Assembly: GCA_024405265.1 (NCBI GenBank)
Contig: JAKSOZ010000005.1
Location: 11,618-75,617, forward strand
DNA from: Kiritimatiellia bacterium
GTDB lineage: Bacteria > Verrucomicrobiota > Kiritimatiellia > RFP12 > UBA1067
Direction of reading: 5' to 3'
DNA: 64,000 nucleotides
Shown here: piece by piece, positions 10,101 through 18,241 of the stretch
Numbering within the stretch: the stretch's first letter is position 1
Layout of the letters: each line of letters begins with the position of its first letter
Notes under the pieces: model-generated
What the model saw: only the letters and a program-made list of their open reading frames with translations
What the model was told of the DNA's origin: nothing
Database searches by the model: none
Program-made: the position numbers and the translations under genes

Positions 10101-13100
10101 GGTTGTCGAATAAGCCGTGCTCTTGTAACAGCGCACGCGATTGCCACCGTAGAACGGGTGAGACTTAAACCAATCCTGATTCGCCATCAGACCATAGCCG
10201 GAGCCGACGTCGTTATGATACCACTGGCCAAGCGAAAGGTTGAAGTCATACCCGAGCGGCATCCACGTATCCGTACCGCGCACGCCTTCCTTCATCTCGG
10301 CGTTATCATAGTAAATCGAGATGTTCGCCCAAACGTCGTCCATTTCCTGGGTGATACGCGCCGAAGCGAGATAGTTAAGCCACGCCGGAAGATTGAACTT
10401 CTCGACGACGAACTTGGTCAGGGTCGGATTGTCGAGGCCTTCCGTAGACACACCGTTCAGATCATTCTTAACCTGCTGCGCGGCAACGATCTTCGAACGG
10501 AATTGATTCTGCAGCACCGAGACATTGCTTTCGTCGCCATCATCCGGCGTCTTCTTCTCGATTCCGCCTGCAGTCGTTCCCGAACCGCTCTTGAGCGTAC
10601 CGACGTTCTTATAACCATAGCCGTACTTGTCGAGCTTATGGAAGTCTTCGATAAGCTCATCCGTAAAACGCTCGGAATGGAACGCCATTTGGAAGAACTT
10701 ACCGTTGAGATTACACCTGACCGGGAAATCGAACGGAACTTTATTCCCCATCTTCGTCCACAGCCAGAAACTCATCATCTGTCGCATGTATGACGGATCC
10801 GCCGGTTCTCCGATCAGGGAACTCTTACGAACTTCCTCACGCATTTCACCCGCAACAGGATCCCACATCGTCAACGGATGCGCCTTCGAGAAACGAAGAC
10901 CGTGAGACTTCTTATTGAAGTGCGCCGATGTATTGCCGCGCAAATCGATACGAACATAATCATAGTAATTCGACGTCGAGCTGTCGTAAATCGCGATACG
11001 GGCATTGTACGGCACCTTCGAAAGGTCCTGCTTCGGTGCGTCGACATCCATCTGCTGAAGCGAGACGGAATCGGCAAACATATGCCACGTCGCAAGCGAT
11101 TCGCTGTTCAGCTCTCCGGGTTCGACAATCGTCCCGTACCACTCGTAACCGTCATCCTTATTAAGGTGACTCGGGCTCGTAAACGTGACGTTTGACTTGT
11201 CGGTCACCTCGAACTTCCACTGAATGAGATGTCCCGCGCCGATCGTATCGAACGCCTCGTGCGGGATTACGGCCGTGTAAAGGTCGCCCTGATCCGCATT
11301 ATCCGTCGTCTTTTCGAGCGAAACTTCACGACGCGTCAATGTCTTGTCATCAAGATCGGTGCGATAAAGAAGCGTGATACTTGTAATCGCGTCTTCATCG
11401 CGGAATCCCGCAATCGCCGTCGGCGACATCACGGGATTAAGCGGGAAGACAATCTCGTAATCCTCGCCGATCTTGGCGGGAGCAACAGGTCCGAACTCAT
11501 TCGTGCTCGTATGCTTCTTCTTGCTCGAAATCTCATAAAGCGGCCCAACCGTCGGACCGAGCGTTACCAAATCGCCCGTCGCATTCGCCGATCCAGGCGT
11601 CGGATATTGCGTCATGTAGCGCTTAAGCGTTTCGCCTTCGACCGCCTTTTCGACGATAATCGAGTGACCTTCCGGGAAGTCGATCGGAATGACGACCGTA
11701 TCAATCGGAGTCTCCGCACCACCCTTAACATAGTAAAGACGCACGAACGGGGACTTCTTCGGATTGACCTTGTCACCCCAAATCATCATGTCATATTCAT
11801 CAAAATACTTCGGCTTGCCGTCGAAGGTGCCGTGCTGCCAAGCACTGTCCTTGGCACTGATGCTATTCGAATAACGCTCAGAAGTATAAAAGACGTATTT
11901 GGCATGCGGCGCGATAAGCGTGGACGGGAACGCACCCGCGTCAATCTTCGTCGCCTTGCCGCGATTGACGCGCGTAAAAGCGTAATCGGCAAGATCAACC
12001 CACTTATCCGACATATTCTCAAGTTCGACCCAGCCGGATTCAAGTCCGTTCTTATCATACCGCGCGAGCGACGCGGGATAAAGCGTCGAGGCGGGCTTAT
12101 CGACCGGCTTGGGCATAATCTCCGAAATGCGCAGCGCGGCAAAATCGGCAATGGAAAGACGAGTCGTGTAAGTTCCATCCTCTTCATTCTTTACGACTTC
12201 GATCGCCACAGTCGCCGGATCGAAAATCGTCTCTCCCTCGCGCTTAAACACGCCGTCCTCGAAGATAATCGTCTCATCGAGAATCGTCACAACTCCGCCA
12301 TTCGAAGCCACGACAAAGGCCTCTCGCAAGTCCCAATACGGAATCAAACCGACAGTGGCGATCGGATCGCCGAACGAATAAACCGTCCACCCGTCGGCAG
12401 TTACGGACCCTATCTGTCGCGTTTCACCTTCGGCCGGAATGACTTTCGCCGCATCGAGTCCGCTATTTTCGCGAACCTTCAAAACGCCGTCCTTGAAGAT
12501 GATCGAGCCGCCGAACGAGGCAAACGAACCGTCGAGAACAAGAGTTCCCTTGCCGTACTTGGCAAGCTTGCAATCATTTGCCTCGGTCGAGAACGCACCG
12601 ATCATTTCCAAGGTCGAACCCGCTTCCACGCAGACGGCATACCCTTTCGTCGCATTGGACGCCAAGCGGAAGCCCGCGTCATTCGTATACGTCACCGTCG
12701 TCGCGGAAGTAGTCGGAGAGGGAACGTAAATCTGCGGATTTTCTTCGCTTGTGCCGCCATTGAAACGAACACTGTTCGCCGAATAACTTGTCTCAATCGT
12801 TGCGCCCGGCTCAAGATAAAAGCGTCCTTGATAAAAGAATGTGTTTGTAGCGTACTGAAGAAGTTTGAGTTCTCCACCGGCATTGACGCGGATGACATTC
12901 CCCTTCGTCGCCGTTGAATTATTGTTCCAGCCCGTGACATCACGAGCGGTGAAATTAAGCGTCGCGCCATCCTTCACGAGAATCGACGGATTCGTATCCG
13001 TACCCGAAAGATCGAAATTCATCGTCTGCACCGTGCCGGCCCAAATCAAGTTATGCGTACCGGACTCGATGACATAGCGCGAAGCCTGTGCCGCTTTATT

Positions 13101-15323
13101 CTCACCGAAATCAAGCGTCGCGCCGTTCTCGCTCGAGCTCTTAAGCGTCACGAGCCACGATTCTTTCTTAAGCGTCGCAATATCACCTGAGGGCATTTCA
13201 TACGCCGCCTTCGTCGTATCGATTGTCCAAGTATGCGCCGCATCGTCCTTTTCGACAACGACATCGGGATCGACTTTCACAACGACGCCTGTGGACGAAA
13301 CCTGAACACCGAGCGGAAGTGCTTCGCCGTTCACCGTCACCTTAATCGCCATATCGGCGAGATTGTTGTCGTCATCTACAACGAAGATCTGATCGCCGAT
13401 CTGCGGCTCGGAGGGAAGATCGATTGCCAATGTTCCCTTAATCGACTTCTTAAGGTAAAGTTTACCCTGCTCAAGGCGGATAACTCCACCTTCGATAATT
13501 GTCGTATTGCAGAGAAGGAAATAGGTATCGGCACTTTCCATCTTAACGATGAGATTACCCCCCGTCAAATCAAGCGTCGTCGCAGCCCAACCCGGCCCCA
13601 AGAGACCGAATTGGCGACCAGAAACAGTGGTCGTTTCCGCGACCGTCAATCGCGTCGTCTGACGACTTCCGTTGCTGATCGCATCACCCGTATTGGTTAT
13701 TTCGCCTTCGCTCGTAATAAAATAACAAGCATCTTTCGTCTTCGCAAGGTCAAGAATCGCCCCTTTCTCAACGAAGATCTCCGCAAGGCTCGAGACATCA
13801 GAAAGATTGTTCGGACCGAATCCGCGATTCGCATTGCTGTCGGTGATCGTCTGCCGAGCCGTACCCGAAAGAACGGTAAGCCCGCCCGTAAACGTGTTTC
13901 TCGCATCAAAAATCATCGAATGATTCACACCCGGATCGGCGGTCACGCGTCCCGCGCCGGAAATCACCTGCGAAATCGTATAATCATCATTGGGCTTCAG
14001 GACGAGATTCGCCTTCTCGCCCACCGTAACCGATTCCGTAATCGCAATATTCGGACAATAAACCTCGCCCTCGCACGAGGACAAATCGAGCGCTCCGACC
14101 GAAGTCACCGCCGGATACGCCGCCGAAAGCGACGCGATTTCCGTCGCCGAAAGCGCCTTACTGTAACCGACCATCTCTTTCACGACGAGCCCGTCGGCGC
14201 GCACGCGTCCATCCGGATTGCCTCCATAAGTCGAGCCGATCTGAATTTTGCCGGCGGCCATTAAGTTAAAATAAGGGTACCAACTACCTGTCGTCTGCGT
14301 GTAGAGCGTGCCGTCAACCGCAAGTGTGGCCGTCTGAGAAGCCATCGAAAGCGTCAACAAATGATAACCCTTCACCGTTGGGCCAACTATTGAATTATAC
14401 AGATATGTCCGATTCTGCTGAAGGACGACAATTCGTCTCTCGGAGTCGAGCGCGAGCGTCAAATGACAACCCGTATTCTCGCCGACACAGAAAAGTACGG
14501 CATGCTGTCCGGAATCAGGCGTCTCAATCATATCCGTCGAACCATACAACGAAATCGCGAAATCTCCCCATTGTCCAAGATTGTCGCGATACGGATGCCA
14601 CTTGTTGCTCGCATCAGTATTGTAAACGACATACGCCGATTCAGCACCCTTCGCGCCGATTACGGTGCGCGGCTTACCGGTCGTGTCTTCACCCTTCCAA
14701 CTCGTGAACCATCCGCTCGGATTCGTGCCGGGCGTCCAGGAGAAGTCAGGTGTCTGCGCGGAATGAGCCGCGTTATACGTAGCAACGAGCGCGGCGATAC
14801 CCTCTGTTGATGTCGCGCCGTTATAAATGGCTATATCGCTCACACAGGACGAGAAATCAAAGCGCGTACCCATCGTCGCACTGGTACCAGTCGCACGAAG
14901 GTCGTCCGCACGAAACGTTATTGTTCCGTTAGCATCATAAGCAGTCACGCCTTCATTGTTCGGTCCATAGACGCAAACAACCAATCCTTCGCTACCAAGC
15001 TCCGTCGTATTAATCGTGCCTCCAGTCCAATTCGCATCTTGCCACCAACCTTTTAAGACACCGCTATTTGAACACAATCCAACAATTCCCGTATAGCGCG
15101 TCTGATTCGACTGCGACCATGAAACGAGACGATCCGTACCCGACTGCGGCAAGTTCGCATACTTAAAGATAATCGTCGCACCGTCGGAGACAGACCACCC
15201 CTCGCTTCGCGTGTAGGTCGTACTGTCTTCGCTAATCGTATAGTCGTCGACCAAGTCCGCAGCGAAAGTGAACGAAGACACAAGCATTGCGACACACAAT
15301 GCAAAAACTGAACGGATCTTCAT
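7140..15323 (-). CDS. Giant secreted multidomain protein (LamG-like, autotransporter-passenger-like repeats, lamin-tail domains, CotH kinase, Cthe_2159-like carbohydrate-binding beta-helix)
   Basis: Start at ATG 15323 (SD aaggag, signal peptide MKIRSVFALCVAML). CotH-like motifs DLRGNTSAHFNKKSHGLRF, DPSYMRQ, MDDVWAN, WMPLGYDFNLSLG; LTD-like LRISEIMP...WVELEN and LVIKNTNAEAVDMSGWAL; Cthe_2159-like VTLTLKGENTL, GDAIDSNGDMTISGGYVFA. Confidence 0.85.
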   Translation of the reverse strand: MKIRSVFALCVAMLVSSFTFAADLVDDYTISEDSTTYTRSEGWSVSDGATIIFKYANLPQSGTDRLVSWSQSNQTRYTGIVGLCSNSGVLKGWWQDANWTGGTINTTELGSEGLVVCVYGPNNEGVTAYDANGTITFRADDLRATGTSATMGTRFDFSSCVSDIAIYNGATSTEGIAALVATYNAAHSAQTPDFSWTPGTNPSGWFTSWKGEDTTGKPRTVIGAKGAESAYVVYNTDASNKWHPYRDNLGQWGDFAISLYGSTDMIETPDSGQHAVLFCVGENTGCHLTLALDSERRIVVLQQNRTYLYNSIVGPTVKGYHLLTLSMASQTATLAVDGTLYTQTTGSWYPYFNLMAAGKIQIGSTYGGNPDGRVRADGLVVKEMVGYSKALSATEIASLSAAYPAVTSVGALDLSSCEGEVYCPNIAITESVTVGEKANLVLKPNDDYTISQVISGAGRVTADPGVNHSMIFDARNTFTGGLTVLSGTARQTITDSNANRGFGPNNLSDVSSLAEIFVEKGAILDLAKTKDACYFITSEGEITNTGDAISNGSRQTTRLTVAETTTVSGRQFGLLGPGWAATTLDLTGGNLIVKMESADTYFLLCNTTIIEGGVIRLEQGKLYLKKSIKGTLAIDLPSEPQIGDQIFVVDDDNNLADMAIKVTVNGEALPLGVQVSSTGVVVKVDPDVVVEKDDAAHTWTIDTTKAAYEMPSGDIATLKKESWLVTLKSSSENGATLDFGENKAAQASRYVIESGTHNLIWAGTVQTMNFDLSGTDTNPSILVKDGATLNFTARDVTGWNNNSTATKGNVIRVNAGGELKLLQYATNTFFYQGRFYLEPGATIETSYSANSVRFNGGTSEENPQIYVPSPTTSATTVTYTNDAGFRLASNATKGYAVCVEAGSTLEMIGAFSTEANDCKLAKYGKGTLVLDGSFASFGGSIIFKDGVLKVRENSGLDAAKVIPAEGETRQIGSVTADGWTVYSFGDPIATVGLIPYWDLREAFVVASNGGVVTILDETIIFEDGVFKREGETIFDPATVAIEVVKNEEDGTYTTRLSIADFAALRISEIMPKPVDKPASTLYPASLARYDKNGLESGWVELENMSDKWVDLADYAFTRVNRGKATKIDAGAFPSTLIAPHAKYVFYTSERYSNSISAKDSAWQHGTFDGKPKYFDEYDMMIWGDKVNPKKSPFVRLYYVKGGAETPIDTVVIPIDFPEGHSIIVEKAVEGETLKRYMTQYPTPGSANATGDLVTLGPTVGPLYEISSKKKHTSTNEFGPVAPAKIGEDYEIVFPLNPVMSPTAIAGFRDEDAITSITLLYRTDLDDKTLTRREVSLEKTTDNADQGDLYTAVIPHEAFDTIGAGHLIQWKFEVTDKSNVTFTSPSHLNKDDGYEWYGTIVEPGELNSESLATWHMFADSVSLQQMDVDAPKQDLSKVPYNARIAIYDSSTSNYYDYVRIDLRGNTSAHFNKKSHGLRFSKAHPLTMWDPVAGEMREEVRKSSLIGEPADPSYMRQMMSFWLWTKMGNKVPFDFPVRCNLNGKFFQMAFHSERFTDELIEDFHKLDKYGYGYKNVGTLKSGSGTTAGGIEKKTPDDGDESNVSVLQNQFRSKIVAAQQVKNDLNGVSTEGLDNPTLTKFVVEKFNLPAWLNYLASARITQEMDDVWANISIYYDNAEMKEGVRGTDTWMPLGYDFNLSLGQWYHNDVGSGYGLMANQDWFKSHPFYGGNRVRCYKSTAYSTTCNSGNDGMEAVWQNAKFRRLYLRRLRTLMDQELGAPDTTGEENETNSQISLMKKIREIAALMEKDAVLDRTRWPHDSSIGNIDVWGGDKPWPESMQAGIKEIWDDYIVPRRQHLYVTHSISNTEKGVGYGTNLAAGIPEAQSSIADLKSGFTAEYREDIAALVIKNTNAEAVDMSGWALSGPVSMTLPAGTVIDEGSEENPAEVYVSADRRATIAKMNELGLITNQIVVGNGEAVETEVITLKAGEETVIAPPEPSAQEKYLKLYGFCGAPLTDNDGIGEFIIFENIGTEALDVGGAAINICKTADADSASKCAITLAEGVSIAGGDYLRIAMADKEAKFGGTWSKITDGDLRITMTDSTGVQIYYREMLSQSAIGVKAVDKFAKHIYADDTWVAAELSEAPGYVAPEPPPVEPIDPPAEGDITGDFDDLQTFEAGVYTLNGANFNGGVKIDGDVTLTLKGENTLSTMTTTGTLTIEGDGTLTIDYANGEAGTAAVTLTKPYIQNGGNVVVNLSSENQVFGFYCNTATKDALGNGIYAVELNGGTFTTTIAGGESSAAFKLGKGTNDAKLGGTDVTVTLGGTAPRFMNTDGKIKLTKNCGKVTVTTATEGGTKANVFKSKKEIEINGGTVVATASGEGSEIFSSDDTILVKGGVLNLTAADDCFSAANHINISGGIVYAMSTAGDAIDSNGDMTISGGYVFAFTTSTEHEALDVDPSEDPTAVDNGIAHKLYINEGATVVAVGGLSTVHGPDDGSTAKCLVKTGLSSSSKYLVMTGIVDDENVRRTTTATVNLNKKHAKTFTLIATMPGFTGEITEGGDEVKPSTGKLADEISGMFVNTVESSIVTPSGATTWEEVVVTETTTVAELVGAEQGAMLVELKVEPKKIVEWAKTYSSSTKPGEAINLVAFALNCAPNEEAIEAAKKNFKVTITMTAEGPVAEIESGDYNITPVLKGKAELAEEGSWTEVTDDNKSGFKFFRAFIEIGE

Positions 15324-15370
15324 AGAAGATTCTCCTTCTTTTGTGGTATGTTGTTTTCTCAACAGCAACC

Positions 15371-15379
15371 ATTATACCA
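15371..15379 (-). promoter_or_regulatory. Extended -10 promoter (TGGTATAAT) for the giant CotH protein
   Basis: attatacca 47 nt upstream of the ATG. Confidence 0.6.
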
Positions 15380-15587
15380 AAATCCCCACCCTCTCGTCAT
15401 CATCCTTTTACGCAAGCAAAGAAACGAACTGATCGTTGAGCGCGTTTCTTCGAGCGTCATTTTTCCGCCTCTTAGAAAGAATCGGCGATTCCAGGCTAGA
15501 TCGGGCACAACTCTAGGGCGCTAATTTCCGGGGACTGTCCCCATTGCTCTAAACCGGGAACTGTCCCCGTTCCCTCACCTCCTCTTC

Positions 15588-16523
15588 TCATGCCGCTACC
15601 TCCGCGTGCCCATGCGACGAAAACGCCCAACCTCCGACTTGTTTCGGGCGGCATCTCCGTCCATAAAGCGCCGCGCTGAACTCAATCGCGCTCGCCCTCA
15701 CAAACTCCTTCCCGCCTAATATCTTACCTAAGCCTACCTGCGGCACTCTTTTCGTCACATCCACCCCCGATTCTTCCCCCTGTTTTCGGGGACTGTCCCC
15801 ATTTCCATCAGCGCTTCCGATTATCAAGCTTGACGTATAGTTTCTGCATTTAACGGCAAACGCTTCTCCTCTCGCAGCTCCGCCTGCCGAGCTCCAAGGA
15901 TATTCTTCCGGTGTTGCTACCATCTCGGCGCGAACCGGGTTATACTCGATATATTTGCGACAATTATTGAAATAATGCTCGTTTTCCACGATAGTAGACT
16001 TAAAACGCCCTCCCCAGATCGAACCTGAGTATTCTACGAGCTTCTTAAAGCGAATATTGAAAACTTCCTTAAAAGTTTTAACGAACTGACTTAAATCTTG
16101 CATTCTCACGCGATATCTGTCAATCTCCGCTTCAGCCTCGCGCTTCTGTTTGCTCTTACGAAGCATTTTGATGTAACCTGCTATTTCTTTAGCCCTCTTC
16201 TCTCCTTTAAGCACGCCTAGCCTTCGCATCACTTCTTCTTCCGCTATTTTCCACTTGAATTTCTCGGGGACTGTCCCCAAATTCTTTGCGATTTCCACAA
16301 GGGCGGTTTCGATGGTCGGGACCTCTACAGTCAAGTGAAAGTAATCGTCCATAATGACATACGAGCAGATCTTGACCCCGCTGAATTCGGCCGAGATGCG
16401 AAGCGAATCAACCATTATTCGCTTGATTCGCGGATCTTTCAATAGAAAGCGCTTCCCGGCGATACGAGACATAACATGATAGAACGCATCGTTTTCGCTC
16501 TTTACTCTTCTGGTTCTTGCCAT
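15588..16523 (-). mobile_element. Y1 HUH transposase, REP-associated tyrosine transposase (RAYT)-like
   Basis: FYHVMSR, YVIMDDYFHL (HUH position), IWGGRFKS, YIEYNPVRAEMV..PEEYPWSS; flanked by short palindromes. Confidence 0.85.
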
Positions 16524-16565
16524 AATATTTACCCTCCTTCATTGATAGTTATGCAAGGTATGTAA

Positions 16566-16752
16566 ATATTATCTCATATTCCGAAAAATCAAGTGTCACA
16601 TTTGCGTCACAAAATTGTGACGCAAAAATCCGCTACCTTTTGAGGACGATATGCCTTATACCCCGATAAGCATTGGCTGAAGTCGCGATTCGCGAGAGTT
16701 TACCGAATCTAATAATTCGTCTGAGTAAAATCTTTTTTTGTGACGATGAGGT
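16566..16752 (-). promoter_or_regulatory. 187-bp non-coding module, copy 1 (extended -10 TGAGATAAT plus GTCAC/GTGAC hairpin) upstream of the transposase
   Basis: Ungapped match to 61663-61849 (31 mismatches by hand count, ~83%); 12-bp inverted repeat TTTGCGTCACAA-AA-TTGTGACGCAAA. Confidence 0.85.
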
Positions 16753-16853
16753 TTTGACGGGAGTTTCTGCTTGAATCTCATGGGGACAGGCCCCGGAGAC
16801 TGACTGGGGACAGACCCCGAATATTTCTATATCTCTCCGAGAGTTAAATCAAA

Positions 16854-16887
16854 TCCTTACTAGCATTTAGAATATTACTAGTAAGGA
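16854..16887. terminator. 10-bp inverted repeat, possible bidirectional terminator or operator
   Basis: TCCTTACTAG-14 nt-CTAGTAAGGA with T-rich flanks on both strands; the stem is AT-rich, so weak. Confidence 0.3.
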
Positions 16888-17032
16888 ACTTTTCTTGGGG
16901 CAGGAGCTGATAAAATACTCAACCGAGAGGGCGAATATGCTCACCCACATGAAGTTCGGCGGTATTCCGCGTGTTCTACTCACATATTCTAACACTTGCG
17001 CAGGTTAAATCCGCATAGAATCAGTCCTTAAA

Positions 17033-17434
17033 TTATTTCAAATATCTTTCATCAAACTCATTCGCATTACTTATTCTATTCCCAAGCTTAACAACTTTTT
17101 CTCCTATGTCATGCAATTCTTTTAATCGGTTCCTAATTTTAGGCCAATCGATTTCTGCAAAAGCATGCCGTCTCTCCCCTCCACAATTGGTAACACCGAC
17201 ATATATGAGAAAGCACGGATCCAATCTATCACCAACTGCATAATTGTGCGCAGCCTCGATTGTCTTTATAATACCACCCGTCAATTTCCCAATCTTCCCA
17301 AAACACCTCAATAACAAAAGCGTCTTGTTTATCACTATATCTACTATCATTCGGGAAATCACGCACTTCCAAAGGCACATAACGCCCTCCCCAGTCATAC
17401 AAATGAGGGATATAATATCCCTTTTGGTACCCAT
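17033..17434 (-). CDS. AT-rich hypothetical protein or gene remnant
   Basis: Open frame from ATG 17434, lower GC than flanks, extended -10 (TGGTACAAT) at 17580-17588. No recognisable motif, and a competing frame also looks protein-like. Confidence 0.25.
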   Translation of the reverse strand: MGTKRDIISLICMTGEGVMCLWKCVISRMIVDIVINKTLLLLRCFGKIGKLTGGIIKTIEAAHNYAVGDRLDPCFLIYVGVTNCGGERRHAFAEIDWPKIRNRLKELHDIGEKVVKLGNRISNANEFDERYLK

Positions 17435-17649
17435 AGCCTTCCTGCCATGAGTTTCTAGTGAACTTATTATCTTAAGATTTCCTACGTTTCTCTCGACGAT
17501 CGCTCTGCAGCACTGCAAATTGTTTCCGCGGCATTTCACCGCGCATCCGGCAGAATGTCTCCCCCGCCGAACGTCTGGCATTGTACCATATTCCCGCTGG
17601 AGCTGGAAGCGGAAAGCTTAAAAATCTGCCGCGTTTGACCAACTTGTTT

Positions 17650-17800
17650 AGGGGTATACCCCTCTCTTGTCTAAGGGTATAACCCCCTCGCTTGAGAGGG
17701 TTATACCCCAAGAGCCTTTAGGGTTATACCCTCTAACTCGAGAGGGGTATACCCTCTAACGAGTATCTCTCGCTCTTCCCGTGAATTAAGGGTTATACTC
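17650..17800. repeat. 23-bp-period array of palindromic AGGG(G/T)TATACCC motifs
   Basis: Units start at 17650, 17673, 17697, 17720, 17743 and 17789 (spacings 23, 24, 23, 23, 46). Confidence 0.85.
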
Positions 17801-18225
17801 GAATAGAGGGAGTTGTAACGGATAGGCGTAGGAAGAACCTATGATTCTCCATTCAGGAGAAGCGCTAAAGGAGCGAGCAATAGACGCACCGAAGAAGTAG
17901 GTGAGGCTAGTGACGCAAGATTGAGTGTTGAGCTGAGCTTTTAGCGAGGATTTCGGTTCGGGGATTTCGCGTTCGAGAACAAGTAGGCCGAGGAGGAGTA
18001 TCCGCCGACGACGGCATACGAAGTTATCGGGCGCGAAAGCAACGAGAGAAAGACTCGGGAAAAGCGGGAGCGAGACCGAAAGCGAAGCGGCAGCTCGCCG
18101 AATTCGACCAGGGTGCCATGCGCGGCCAAATTCGCCGACACAAGGTAAAGGCAAAAGTAGGTATAATCGCACGGGAATCGTGAAACGATTTACTTTGGTG
18201 CGAGTTGCCGCGTTCGGCAAGAATA

Positions 18226-18234
18226 TGATACAAT
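18226..18234 (+). promoter_or_regulatory. Extended -10 promoter (TGATACAAT), leaderless configuration
   Basis: -10 ends 7 nt before ATG 18242; no SD sequence. Confidence 0.65.
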
Positions 18235-18241
18235 ACTCGCC

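Larger units (their letters stand above)
15530..16818. repeat. Six copies of the 13-bp palindrome GGGGAC(A/T)GTCCCC and variants (REP-like) around and inside the transposase
   Basis: Perfect copies at 15530-15542, 15788-15800, 16266-16278; one-mismatch copies at 15556-15568, 16782-16794, 16806-16818. Confidence 0.85.

Noticed and set aside
17650-17800. CRISPR array interpretation of the 23-bp repeats
   Set aside because: Repeat (~13 bp) and spacer (~10 bp) are far too short, the repeats vary, and there are no cas genes in the window.
17810-18200. tmRNA, RNase P RNA or SRP RNA in the long intergenic tract
   Set aside because: No tRNA-like ends, GAGGAAAGTCC core or SRP helix-8 motif was found on either strand.
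17786-18233. Short minus-strand ORFs (17786-18220, 17941-18141, 18024-18233) and 17472-17711
   Set aside because: Low-complexity, overlapping frames without SD or motifs; one runs through the palindrome array. Treated as non-coding.
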